Positions 1 through 8,623 of a stretch of 64,000 nucleotides of DNA are shown here, piece after piece. Source of the DNA: Nannocystis bainbridge. Its GTDB lineage: Bacteria > Myxococcota_A > Polyangia > Nannocystales > Nannocystaceae. The stretch covers positions 2,144,001 to 2,208,000 of the forward strand of contig NZ_JAQNDL010000003.1 of the NCBI RefSeq assembly GCF_028368995.1. Reading direction: 5' to 3'. Below the pieces are notes generated by a model. That model was given only the letters and a program-made list of their open reading frames with translations, was not told the DNA's origin and made no database searches. The position numbers and the translations under genes are program-made. The first letter of the stretch is position 1. Each line of letters opens with the position of its first letter.

Positions 1-2010
1 CACCCGCACCTGCTCGCCGTACTTGGCCTCGAACAGGCCGATCGCGCCGGCGGTCTTGGCGTCGACGGGGCTCATCTCGCGCGTGTCGGTGTCCGCGTTG
101 GCCAGCGTCATCTCGTTGACGATGCGCTCGATCTGCTGCTTCTGCTCCGCCGTGATCGGGCGCGGGTGCGAGAAGTCGAAGCGCAGGCGGTCGGGCGACA
201 CCAGCGAGCCCTTCTGCGCCACGTGGGTGCCGAGCACCGCGCGCAGGGCGTGGTGCAGCAGGTGGGTCGCGCTGTGGTTGCGGCGGATCGCGGCCCGGCG
301 CGCGCCGTCGACCGTGAGCGTGACGAGGCGCCCGACCTCGAGCGTGCCCCGGGTGACCTTGCCGCGGTGGATGTGCACGTCGCCGGTCGGCTTGAGCGTG
401 TCGGCGATCTCGACGCGCACGCCCTCGCCCTCGGCGATGCCGATGTCGCCGACCTGGCCGCCGCTCTCGCCGTAGAACGGGGTGACCTCGGTGATGAACT
501 CGACCTCGTCGCCCTCCTTTGCCGCCGTCTTCTCGACGCCGCCGACGGCCAGCGCGAGCACGCTGGTGCGGCCCGAGAGCTCGGCGTAGCCGGTGAAGCG
601 AGCCTGCTTGGCGAACCGCTCCTTGAAGGAGAAGTAGAGGTTGCCGATCGCCTTGTCGCCGCCGCCGAGGTTGGCCGCCGCGCCGGCCGTCTGGCGCGCC
701 TGGACCTCCTGCTTGACGGCCTCCTCGTCGAGGGTGAGGCCCTTCTCGCGGCTGAGGATCCCGGTGAGGTCGATCGGCAGGCCGTAGGTATCGTAGAGCT
801 CGGCGGCGACGCCGAGCGGGAACGCGGTCTCGCCGGCGGGCAGCTCGGTGACGGCGCCCTCGAACAGCCGCAGGCCGCGCTTGAGGGTGCGACGGAAGCC
901 CTCCTCCTCGCCGCGCACGACCTCCTCGATGGTGGCTGCCCTTTCGACCAGGTTGGGATAGGCCTCGCCGAACTCCTCGACGACCTTCTTGCAGACCTCG
1001 TGGAAGAACAGGTTCTCGAGCCCGACCTTCTCGCCGAAGCGGATCGCGCGGCGCATGATCCGGCGCAGCACGTAGGGGCGAGTGTCGCGGTCGGGGAACA
1101 CGCCGTCGGCGATCAAAAAGGCGGTCGCGCGCGCGTGGTCGGCGATGACGCGGAACGGCGCCTCACCGGCCCCGAGGTCGTGGGCGGGCGCACCGGCGAG
1201 CCGCTTGGCGAGGTCGACGAGCGGGGTGAGCAGCGAGGTGCGGTAGTTGCTGCCGACGCCCTCGAGCACCGAGGCGAGCCGCTCGAGGCCAGCGCCGGTG
1301 TCGATGCTCGGCTTCGGCAGCGGCACGAGCCGACCATCGTCGAACTTCTCGTACTGCATGAACACGAGGTTCCACAGCTCGGTGTAGCGGCTGTCCTCGT
1401 AGGCCGGGCCGCGACCGGCGATGCCGGCGTCCGGCGGGGCCTGGTCGCCGTGGAAGATGTGGATCTCCGAGCACGGGCCGCACGGACCGGTCGGGCCCAT
1501 GGCCCAGAAGTTCTCCTTGGCGGGGAACCGGTAGATCCTGTCCTTCGGGACATACGCGGTCCACAGCTCGTAGGCCTCGTCGTCGGCCGGCGCCGACTCG
1601 CCCTCGCCGCTGAAGACGCTGACGACCAGCCGATCGGCCGGGATGCCGAGATCCTCGGTGAGGAACTCCCAGCCCCAGCGGATCGCGTCCGGCTTGAAGT
1701 AGTCGCCGAACGAGAAGTTGCCGAGCATCTCGAACAGCGTGTGGTGCCGCTCGGTGAAGCCGACGTTGTCGAGGTCGTTGTGCTTGCCGCCGGCCCGCAG
1801 GCACCGCTGCACGGTGACGGCCCGCTTGTACGGCCGCGGGTCACGCCCGAGGAAGGTGTCCTTGAACTGCACCATCCCGGCGTTGGTGAACAGCAGCGTC
1901 GGATCGTTGGCCGGCACCAGCGACGAGGACGGCACGACGGCGTGCTCGCGGGCGGCGAAGTAATTGAGGAATCGGCTGCGGATCTCGTGAGCGCGAATGG
2001 GCCGCTGCAT
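1..2010 (-). CDS. alaS: Alanine--tRNA ligase (3' end lies beyond the left edge of the window)
   Basis: Read manually from ATG at 2010: MQRPIRAHEIRSRFLNYF...SSSLVPANDPTLLFTNAGMVQFKD..., later HHTLFEMLGNFSFGDYFK, WAMGPTGPCGPCSEI, ELWNLVFMQY, IDTGAGLERL, NHSATHLLH, GSLVSPDRLRFDFSH. Missing from the ORF track because there is no stop in the window. Confidence 0.97.
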   Translation of the reverse strand, partial: MQRPIRAHEIRSRFLNYFAAREHAVVPSSSLVPANDPTLLFTNAGMVQFKDTFLGRDPRPYKRAVTVQRCLRAGGKHNDLDNVGFTERHHTLFEMLGNFSFGDYFKPDAIRWGWEFLTEDLGIPADRLVVSVFSGEGESAPADDEAYELWTAYVPKDRIYRFPAKENFWAMGPTGPCGPCSEIHIFHGDQAPPDAGIAGRGPAYEDSRYTELWNLVFMQYEKFDDGRLVPLPKPSIDTGAGLERLASVLEGVGSNYRTSLLTPLVDLAKRLAGAPAHDLGAGEAPFRVIADHARATAFLIADGVFPDRDTRPYVLRRIMRRAIRFGEKVGLENLFFHEVCKKVVEEFGEAYPNLVERAATIEEVVRGEEEGFRRTLKRGLRLFEGAVTELPAGETAFPLGVAAELYDTYGLPIDLTGILSREKGLTLDEEAVKQEVQARQTAGAAANLGGGDKAIGNLYFSFKERFAKQARFTGYAELSGRTSVLALAVGGVEKTAAKEGDEVEFITEVTPFYGESGGQVGDIGIAEGEGVRVEIADTLKPTGDVHIHRGKVTRGTLEVGRLVTLTVDGARRAAIRRNHSATHLLHHALRAVLGTHVAQKGSLVSPDRLRFDFSHPRPITAEQKQQIERIVNEMTLANADTDTREMSPVDAKTAGAIGLFEAKYGEQVRV

Positions 2011-2265
2011 GGGCCGGGGAGAATAATCGATCCGCGCGTCCACGAGCCCCCGCGCGCACGGTGCCCGCCGCGTGCGATTCCGCGCGCACTTCGCGCAGGC
2101 CGAACGAGACGGGCTCGCAGGCGCGTCCCGGCCGGATCATGAGCGGAGGCACGAGGCCGGATCGCCGGGGGCTCGCGTCAGGACCGCCCCGACGAGCGGC
2201 GACGGTCGCCGCGGCGGGAGACGGCCGACGAAGTAGCGAGGCGGGCGGCGCTCGCCGACGCCGCG

Positions 2266-3597
2266 TCAGTCGAACTGCAGCAGCTTGATCTTGAGGTAGC
2301 GGCCCTCGACGAAGGCCGGGAGGACCGGGAAGTCGGGCGGGAGGCCGCACTCGCTGACCAGGCGGGCGGTGCGGCCAGCCGCGTGGACGCCCTCGCCGAC
2401 GGCCAGCAGGAACTCCTCCTCGGCGAGGCGCACCGCGTTGCTGATCGCCAGCACGTGGCCGCCGGGGCCGACGACGCCGCTGACGGCCTGCATCAGCTCG
2501 CCGTAGTCCTTGAGCGCGCTGAAGGTGCTGCCCTTGACGTTGCTGAACGGCGGCGGGTCGACGATCACCAGGTCCCACACGCGGCCGCGCTGGCGGAACT
2601 TCTCGAGCAGCGCGAACGCGTCGCCGGTGATCGTCTCGATCGCCTCGGGGTCCATCTTCGAGGCGCTGAGGTTCTGCCGGCAGCGCGCGTGGCTGCGGGC
2701 CGCGGCGTCGACGTGGGTGACCGAGCGCGCGCCGCCGCGGAGGGCCCGCAGGCCGAACGCGCCGGTGAAGCTGAACAGGTTGCACACGCTGCGATCGCGC
2801 GACCACGCCTCGAACAGGCGCCGGCCCTCGCGGAGGTCGAGGAACAGGCCGGGCGAGACCGGGGCCGTGACGTCGACCATGAACTTGAGGCCGTCCTCGT
2901 CGACCTCGAGGTCGGGCGGCGCGGCCTTGCCGGCCAGGTGGAACGCGGGCGGCCGGCGGTCGTCGGGGGTGACGCCGCGGATCCGGTCCTGCAGGTAGAT
3001 GCCCGCGGGCTTGAGCTCTTGCTCGAGCATCGGCACCAGCGCGTCGAGGTAGCTCTCGGCGATCTTGGCGTACTTGTAGACGAGCAGGTGCGAGCCGAGG
3101 CGGTCGACGGCGAGGCCGGGGAAGCCGTCGGCCTCGCTGTGGATCACGCGGCAGGCCTCGGCCGGGACGCCGACGCTGCGCCGACGCACGGCCGCCCGCA
3201 CGCGCGCCAGCATCTCGGCCTCGTTCCACTCGAAGTCGGGCTTGAGGCTCAACATCCGAATGGCGATCGCGCCCTCGGGCTCGTGGAGGCCGTGACCGAT
3301 CAGGTAGCCGTCGAGGTCCATGACCGGGATGACGGCGCCCTCGGGCAGCGCGAGCGGCCGCAGCACGGCGTTGCGGAACACCCACGGGTGACCGGCGCGC
3401 AGCAGGCGGGCGACCTCGTGCGGCACCTTGACGTGCGGGCCGCGGACCGAAGGTCGCGGGTGGCCGCCCTGCACGCGCCGGCGAGGCGCCTCGGCACCGC
3501 CGCCGCCGCCGCCGCCGCCGCTGCGACGCTGGGGCCGCGAGGTCTCGGCAGGACGAGTGGCGGGACGAGTGCGCGTCGGTCGGCCGTCGGTGGGCAT
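2266..3597 (-). CDS. Class I SAM-dependent rRNA methyltransferase (RlmI/RlmK family, PUA-like N-terminus)
   Basis: GHPWVF, RVIHSEADGFPGLAVD, GLFLDLRE, NLFSFTGAFG, VDPPPF, YLK C-terminus; start placed at the ATG of MPTDGRP (uncertain). Confidence 0.85.
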   Translation of the reverse strand: MPTDGRPTRTRPATRPAETSRPQRRSGGGGGGGGAEAPRRRVQGGHPRPSVRGPHVKVPHEVARLLRAGHPWVFRNAVLRPLALPEGAVIPVMDLDGYLIGHGLHEPEGAIAIRMLSLKPDFEWNEAEMLARVRAAVRRRSVGVPAEACRVIHSEADGFPGLAVDRLGSHLLVYKYAKIAESYLDALVPMLEQELKPAGIYLQDRIRGVTPDDRRPPAFHLAGKAAPPDLEVDEDGLKFMVDVTAPVSPGLFLDLREGRRLFEAWSRDRSVCNLFSFTGAFGLRALRGGARSVTHVDAAARSHARCRQNLSASKMDPEAIETITGDAFALLEKFRQRGRVWDLVIVDPPPFSNVKGSTFSALKDYGELMQAVSGVVGPGGHVLAISNAVRLAEEEFLLAVGEGVHAAGRTARLVSECGLPPDFPVLPAFVEGRYLKIKLLQFD

Positions 3598-3823
3598 GGC
3601 GGCCGCGGAGAATAGGCGATAGCGCCGCGACGTGGCGAAAAAATCAGGTCCCCGGGCCATGGAGCCGGCCGCGCCGCGCGGGCGGACAGCGGTCCGTTGC
3701 CCCGCCTCCGTGGCGCAAAGGACAGGCGCGACGGGCCGCGAAAGTTTCCTCGCTTGGCGGGCCGGGCGGCGGGCTGTAGGCTTTTCTGCCCTGGCCGCGC
3801 CCGCCGGCGTCGGCCGAGCCCGC

Positions 3824-5512
3824 ATGGCAGACCGACTCGGCGAACTGCTGGTCCATCGTGACCTTATCTCGCTGCCGCAGCTCCAGCGGGCGCAGTCGGA
3901 GCAGCGCGCGTTCGGCAAGCGGCTGACGACCATCCTGCTGCGGCTCGGCTTCATCAGCGAGCGCCAGCTGGCCGGCTTCCTCACCGAGCACTTCAAGGTC
4001 CCCTACTTCGATTTCGCCACCCACGAGATCGATCCGGCGGTCATCCGCACCGTCGACAAGTCGATCGCCGTCCGCCACCTCGCGGTGCCGGTCCAGCGCG
4101 CCGGGTCCAAGCTCATCGTCGCGATGGCCGACCCCAACAACATGCTGGCGATCGACGACCTCAAGTTCCACACCAGCCTCCACATCGACGCGGTGGTCAG
4201 CCTCGAGCCGGCGATCGAGGCGGCGATCGCCCGCTACTACGACAAGGTCGACCTGGCGGCCCCGTACGGCGAGGTCCTCGGCGGGCTCGGGCTCGAGCCG
4301 GCCGTCAGCCTGCCGGAGCGCGAGCGGCCGCCGCCGCAACTGTCGGAGCCGGAGCAGACGATGGCCGGCCGGCTGTGCGAGGCGATCCTGCGCAACGCGC
4401 TGGCCAAGGGCGCGTCGGACATCCACATCGAGCCGTACGAGAAGGGCATGCGGGTCCGCTACCGCATCGACGGCGCGCTCTACCACGAGATGGACCCGCC
4501 GCTCGGCTACGGGGCGTCGCTGATCGGCAAGTTCAAGCAGCAGGCCGGGCTCGACGTCGGCGATCGCCGCCTGCCGCTCGAGGGCCGCCTGCGCTTCAAG
4601 GCCGGCAAGGAGCGCGAGGTCGCGTTCCACGTGGTGACGCTGCCGACAGTCTTCGGCGAGGCGCTGCGCCTGCGCCTGCTCGACCGCGCGGCGCTGCCTT
4701 CCGACCTGGCGCGGCTCGGCGTCGACGGCGAACCACTGCGCCAGGTCCGGGCCGCCCTCCACCGCGCCCACGGCCTCGTGCTGGTCGCCGGCCTCGCGGG
4801 CGCGGGCCGCTCGACCACGCTGTGCACCGCGCTCGGCGAGCTCACCGCCGACAGCGTGCGGATCGCCACCGTCGAAGATCCGGTCGAGTACCACCTGCAA
4901 GGCGTGTCGCAGGTGCAGGTCCACCCCGAGCTCGGCCCCGCGGCGGCCGTGCGCGCGGTGCTGCGGCAAGATCCGGACATCGTCATGGTCGGCGAGCTGC
5001 GCGACTTCGAGACCGCCGAGCTGTGCGCCCGCGCGGCCGCCGGCGGTCGCCGCGTGCTCGCGGCCCTGCCCGCGCCCGACGCCGCGGCGGCGCTGATCCA
5101 CCTCGTCTACCTCGGGGTCGAACCGCACGTGCTCGCGGCCGCGGCGTCGCTGGTGATCGCCCAGCGCCTGGTGCGACGGCTGTGCCCCGAGTGCGCCGAG
5201 CCCGATCCGAGCTGCAGCGTGCAGCGGCTGGTCGACGCCGGGGTCCCGCCAGCGCTCGCGCGCGACGGCTCGCCCCGGCGCGCGCGCGGCTGCAAGGCCT
5301 GTCACGGCGGCTTCCGCGGGCGCACGGCGATCTTCGAGGTCATGCCGATCGGCGAGGCGCTGCGCGAGCGGATCCTGGCCGGCGCCGGGGTGGCCGAGCT
5401 GCGCGCCGAGGCGGTGCGGCTCGGCATGCGACCGCTGCGGCTGGCCGGGCTCTCGCGCGTGGTCGACGGCACGACCTCGCTCGACGAGATCCTGCGCGCG
5501 ACCACGGACTGA
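3824..5512 (+). CDS. PilB/GspE-family ATPase-like protein with degenerate catalytic motifs
   Basis: MshEN-like RLGELL N-terminus, ASDIHIEPYE..RVRYRIDG, TVEDPVEY, LRQDPDIVMVGELRD, AQRLVRRLCPEC...CKAC, GRTAIFEVM; Walker A reads GLAGAGRST. Confidence 0.9.
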   Translation: MADRLGELLVHRDLISLPQLQRAQSEQRAFGKRLTTILLRLGFISERQLAGFLTEHFKVPYFDFATHEIDPAVIRTVDKSIAVRHLAVPVQRAGSKLIVAMADPNNMLAIDDLKFHTSLHIDAVVSLEPAIEAAIARYYDKVDLAAPYGEVLGGLGLEPAVSLPERERPPPQLSEPEQTMAGRLCEAILRNALAKGASDIHIEPYEKGMRVRYRIDGALYHEMDPPLGYGASLIGKFKQQAGLDVGDRRLPLEGRLRFKAGKEREVAFHVVTLPTVFGEALRLRLLDRAALPSDLARLGVDGEPLRQVRAALHRAHGLVLVAGLAGAGRSTTLCTALGELTADSVRIATVEDPVEYHLQGVSQVQVHPELGPAAAVRAVLRQDPDIVMVGELRDFETAELCARAAAGGRRVLAALPAPDAAAALIHLVYLGVEPHVLAAAASLVIAQRLVRRLCPECAEPDPSCSVQRLVDAGVPPALARDGSPRRARGCKACHGGFRGRTAIFEVMPIGEALRERILAGAGVAELRAEAVRLGMRPLRLAGLSRVVDGTTSLDEILRATTD

Positions 5513-5516
5513 CCGT

Positions 5517-6674
5517 ATGCCGCTGTTCGTGTGGGAGGCTCGCACCAGCGCCGGGGAGATCCGCGGCGGCGAGCTGGCGGGGCTCGACGAGGCGCAGGTG
5601 ATCGAGGCGCTGCGCCGCCGCGGCCTGCGAGTCACCCGCGTCGACCGCAGCAGCCGGCGCGCCGCGCATCGCCTGACCGAGGCCGCGGCGCCAGAGCTGC
5701 TGCCGGCGCTGCGGCAACTCCTGACCTTGAGGACAGCCGGAGTCGGGGCCGCGCAGGCGCTCGAGCTCGGGGCCCGCAGCAGCCGCGGGGCGGTGGCGCG
5801 GGCGCTGCACGCGGCCCAGCTGGCGGTCGAGTCGGGCGCGGGCGTCGGCGAGGCGCTCGCCCAGCACCCGACGGCCCTCGGGGCGCTGGCGGCCCGGGCC
5901 CTCGGCGAGGCCGAAGCGCGCGGGCTGTTCGAGGTCACGCTGGCGGCGCTGATCGAGCTGCTGGCGACCGCCGAGGCGGGGCGGTCGGCCGTGCGCGCGG
6001 CGATCGTGCGCGCGGGCGCGGCGGCGCTGGTGCTGCTCGGCGGCACCGCGGCGCTGACGACTGTGCTCGTGCCGGCGGCCGGCGGCCTCTATCGCCGCCT
6101 CGAGCTGGCGCCGACCGGCGCGGCGGCCGACGTGCTGGCGATCGCGCCATGGCTGTCTCTCGGGACAGGTTTACTCGCCGCCGCGCTCGCGGGGGCGGCC
6201 GCGCTGCTGGCGATCTTCCCGCCGTTGCGAGCGGGCGCGTTCGGGCTGGCCGCCGGCCTGGCCGAGACGCTGCGGCGCCTGGCGCTGGCCCGGTTCGCCC
6301 GCGCGCTGGCGCTGCTGGCGGTCGCCGAGGCGCCGCGGCAGCTCGCGCTCGAGCTGGCGGGCTGGGAGGCCGGCGACCGCGAGCTGGCCGAGGTCGCCCA
6401 GCGGGCCCGGCTCGCGGTGGCCCAGGGCGGCGAGCTCGGACCGGCGCTGGCCGAGGCCGGGCTGCCGGCCGGGTTCGCCCGCGCGGTCGAGGCCGCCGAC
6501 CGCGGCGGCGACCTGGCCGCGACGCTGCGCCGCCTGGCCGAGCTCGAAGAGGCCGCGGCGCTCGACTGGCTGGCCCGCAGGACAGGGCGGATCGCCCAGG
6601 TGTGCTACGCGCTGTCGGCGACCCTGGCGGTGACCGCCGCGCTGGCCCTGGCCGCCCCGCTTCTGCGAACGTGA
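5517..6674 (+). CDS. PilC/GspF-family inner-membrane platform protein (divergent, Ala-rich)
   Basis: PilC-type N-terminus MPLFVWEARTSAGEIRGGEL, two GspF-like halves (RQLLTLRTAGV...; GGDLAATLRRLA), hydrophobic segments; starts 4 bp after the pilB-like gene. Confidence 0.75.
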   Translation: MPLFVWEARTSAGEIRGGELAGLDEAQVIEALRRRGLRVTRVDRSSRRAAHRLTEAAAPELLPALRQLLTLRTAGVGAAQALELGARSSRGAVARALHAAQLAVESGAGVGEALAQHPTALGALAARALGEAEARGLFEVTLAALIELLATAEAGRSAVRAAIVRAGAAALVLLGGTAALTTVLVPAAGGLYRRLELAPTGAAADVLAIAPWLSLGTGLLAAALAGAAALLAIFPPLRAGAFGLAAGLAETLRRLALARFARALALLAVAEAPRQLALELAGWEAGDRELAEVAQRARLAVAQGGELGPALAEAGLPAGFARAVEAADRGGDLAATLRRLAELEEAAALDWLARRTGRIAQVCYALSATLAVTAALALAAPLLRT

Positions 6675-6689
6675 GGCCGGCGCGAACGT

Positions 6690-6773
6690 GACATGCATCG
6701 AGGGACATGCCCTCACAGACATGTCCCTCGCGCCAGGCCCTCTCGGACATGCCCTCTCGGACATGTCCCTTCG
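6690..6773. repeat. Six head-to-tail 14-bp units (GACATGYCCNNNNG) of the TGTCC-N4-GGACA family
   Basis: GACATG at 6690, 6704, 6718, 6746 and 6760, with a degenerate unit at 6732; fills the gap between convergent genes. Confidence 0.9.
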
Positions 6774-6774
6774 C

Positions 6775-8544
6775 TCAGAACGTGATGACCGGGCCGATGT
6801 TGAGGTCGATGAGGAGGCTGGTGGTCCGCGGGAACCACACGCCGACCTGAGCCTCGCCGAACAGGCCGAAGTGCTTGGCGGCCTGCCAGTGGAAGCCGAA
6901 CACGCCGCCGATCATGCCGCCGCCGATCCGGACGGTGTCGATGCGCTGGGACTTGTCGGCGTTGGCGGTCACCGCCGCCGCGCCCTGGATCGCGTTGGTG
7001 CTCTCCGTCCCGCTCGGGTCGCCGCAGTCGTACTTGTACGGCCACACCGCGGTGCACTGACCGCCGCCCTCGAACGCGGCCTCCTTGTCGTCGGGCACCG
7101 AGTTGCCGTTGCGGTCGTTGGCGAAGCCCATCGGCACGCGCAGGCGGGTGAAGCCGCCGCCGAGGAAGCCGCCGGCGAACAGGCGGAACTTCTTCTCGTC
7201 CGAGCCGAAGAAGTACTTGATCTTGAGGCCGCCCGCGATCGTCACGCCCGGCTTGCTGCGGATGCCCTCCGGGTTGGGGTTCGTGACGTCGTTCATGTAC
7301 GAGTCCGGCAGCGACGCCTTGGGGTCGTCGCGGTAGACCTTCGAGCCCGTGACCGCCTGGATGCGGAGGAAGCCCGAGAGCACCAGCTTCTTGCCGATCC
7401 GCCCGCCGATCTCGGGGGCGACGTGGAACGGCGCCGAGGCCATGCCGGTGCTGACCTTGTGGTGGGCCGCGCACTCGCCCGCGTTGTAGGCCATCGCCAG
7501 CTGGTCGACCGAGTACGGCGTGCCGTAGGCCATCACCGTCGGGCCCATCTGCGTCTGGTACTGGACCGGGTCGCCGGGCAGGTCGCCGGTGCCGCTGCTC
7601 CACCGCGCCAGCGCGCAGGCGAACTCCTTGAGGCCGTAGTTGAAGTTGCCGGCCGGGGTGTACTGGCTGTACGTCTGGTCGGCGACCCCGCGGGCCACGC
7701 CGATGCCGGTGCCGAGACCGAGGTTGATGAAGATCTTCGGCAGCGAGTGCTTCGGCGGCGGCGGCTTCTCCGGCTCCTTCTCCTTCGGCGTCTCCTTGAC
7801 GCACTTCACGTCGGCGACGAGCGGGTTGTCCTGCGCGCCCTTGTTGCCGAGCGCCTTGTTGGCGCCGTCGTAGACGTAGACGAAGTACTCGACCGGCTTG
7901 TCGCCGTGCTCCGAGGCCAGCACCTGGGCGGTGGCGATGTTGCCGAAGGCGTCCATCGTCACCGACTTGAAGTCGCCCGAGTCGCCGACGTTGCGCCAGT
8001 AGAGCCCGACCTGGCCGCCGTCGGGGATGCCGGATGTGGCGACCTCGAAGTTCAGGTCCTGGCCGCAGCCGTCGGTCGACGGCGCGGTGTGGCGGACCGA
8101 CTCGCTCGGCGCCGACACGCCCGAGTCCTTGCGCGCCTTGTCGAGCAGCTTCTGCAGGTCGGGCGAGCGCAGCTCGGTCGGCAGCGTCACGTGGTAGTCG
8201 GCCTTGACCGCGCCGACGAACGCCGCCGTGGTGTCGTTCTTGTTGCCCGAGTTCGAGAAGATGATGACCGCCCGCAGCATCCGCAGCGGCGCGGTCGTCG
8301 GGTCCTCGGCGGCGCTGCCCGTGAGCGCCTGGTCGAGGCCCGCCAGCGCCTGGTCGAGCTCGAGGTTGTTGTACTGCCCGAGCGCCTTGTTATAGGCGGC
8401 CTTGAGGTCGTCGCGGCCGTCGGCGAGGGCTGTCCCCGAGGACAGGAGCACGGCCAGCGACAGCGCGGCGGTCAGCAAGCGCGAAGGGGAAAGCCAGCTC
8501 AGGTCCAGGGGCCGACGGGGACGGACGAGGGTCTGCGTTCGCAC
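6775..8544 (-). CDS. Secreted or outer-membrane protein (signal peptide, helical domain, Pro-rich linker, probable C-terminal beta-barrel)
   Basis: Signal ending TALA-D, PEKPPPPK linker, amphipathic strands, terminal Phe (GPVITF); GC-rich third positions. Confidence 0.7.
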   Translation of the reverse strand: MRTQTLVRPRRPLDLSWLSPSRLLTAALSLAVLLSSGTALADGRDDLKAAYNKALGQYNNLELDQALAGLDQALTGSAAEDPTTAPLRMLRAVIIFSNSGNKNDTTAAFVGAVKADYHVTLPTELRSPDLQKLLDKARKDSGVSAPSESVRHTAPSTDGCGQDLNFEVATSGIPDGGQVGLYWRNVGDSGDFKSVTMDAFGNIATAQVLASEHGDKPVEYFVYVYDGANKALGNKGAQDNPLVADVKCVKETPKEKEPEKPPPPKHSLPKIFINLGLGTGIGVARGVADQTYSQYTPAGNFNYGLKEFACALARWSSGTGDLPGDPVQYQTQMGPTVMAYGTPYSVDQLAMAYNAGECAAHHKVSTGMASAPFHVAPEIGGRIGKKLVLSGFLRIQAVTGSKVYRDDPKASLPDSYMNDVTNPNPEGIRSKPGVTIAGGLKIKYFFGSDEKKFRLFAGGFLGGGFTRLRVPMGFANDRNGNSVPDDKEAAFEGGGQCTAVWPYKYDCGDPSGTESTNAIQGAAAVTANADKSQRIDTVRIGGGMIGGVFGFHWQAAKHFGLFGEAQVGVWFPRTTSLLIDLNIGPVITF

Positions 8545-8623
8545 AGGATCTCGGGCTCCTTCTAGCCGAACGCCGGCTCAGCGCCGGCGTTGGGTGTCCA
8601 GGGGGTTCGGCGCGCGGCGCCGA

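Noticed and set aside
166-2142. Long ORFs antisense to or frame-shifted from real genes (e.g. 166..2142+, 3644..6046-, 6688..8565+, 37764..39824+, 54375..59129-)
   Set aside because: These are shadow ORFs expected at very high GC; the other strand or frame carries a recognisable protein.
3497-3520. (CCG)8 microsatellite
   Set aside because: An in-frame poly-Gly in a disordered N-terminus; a triplet repeat cannot cause frameshift phase variation.
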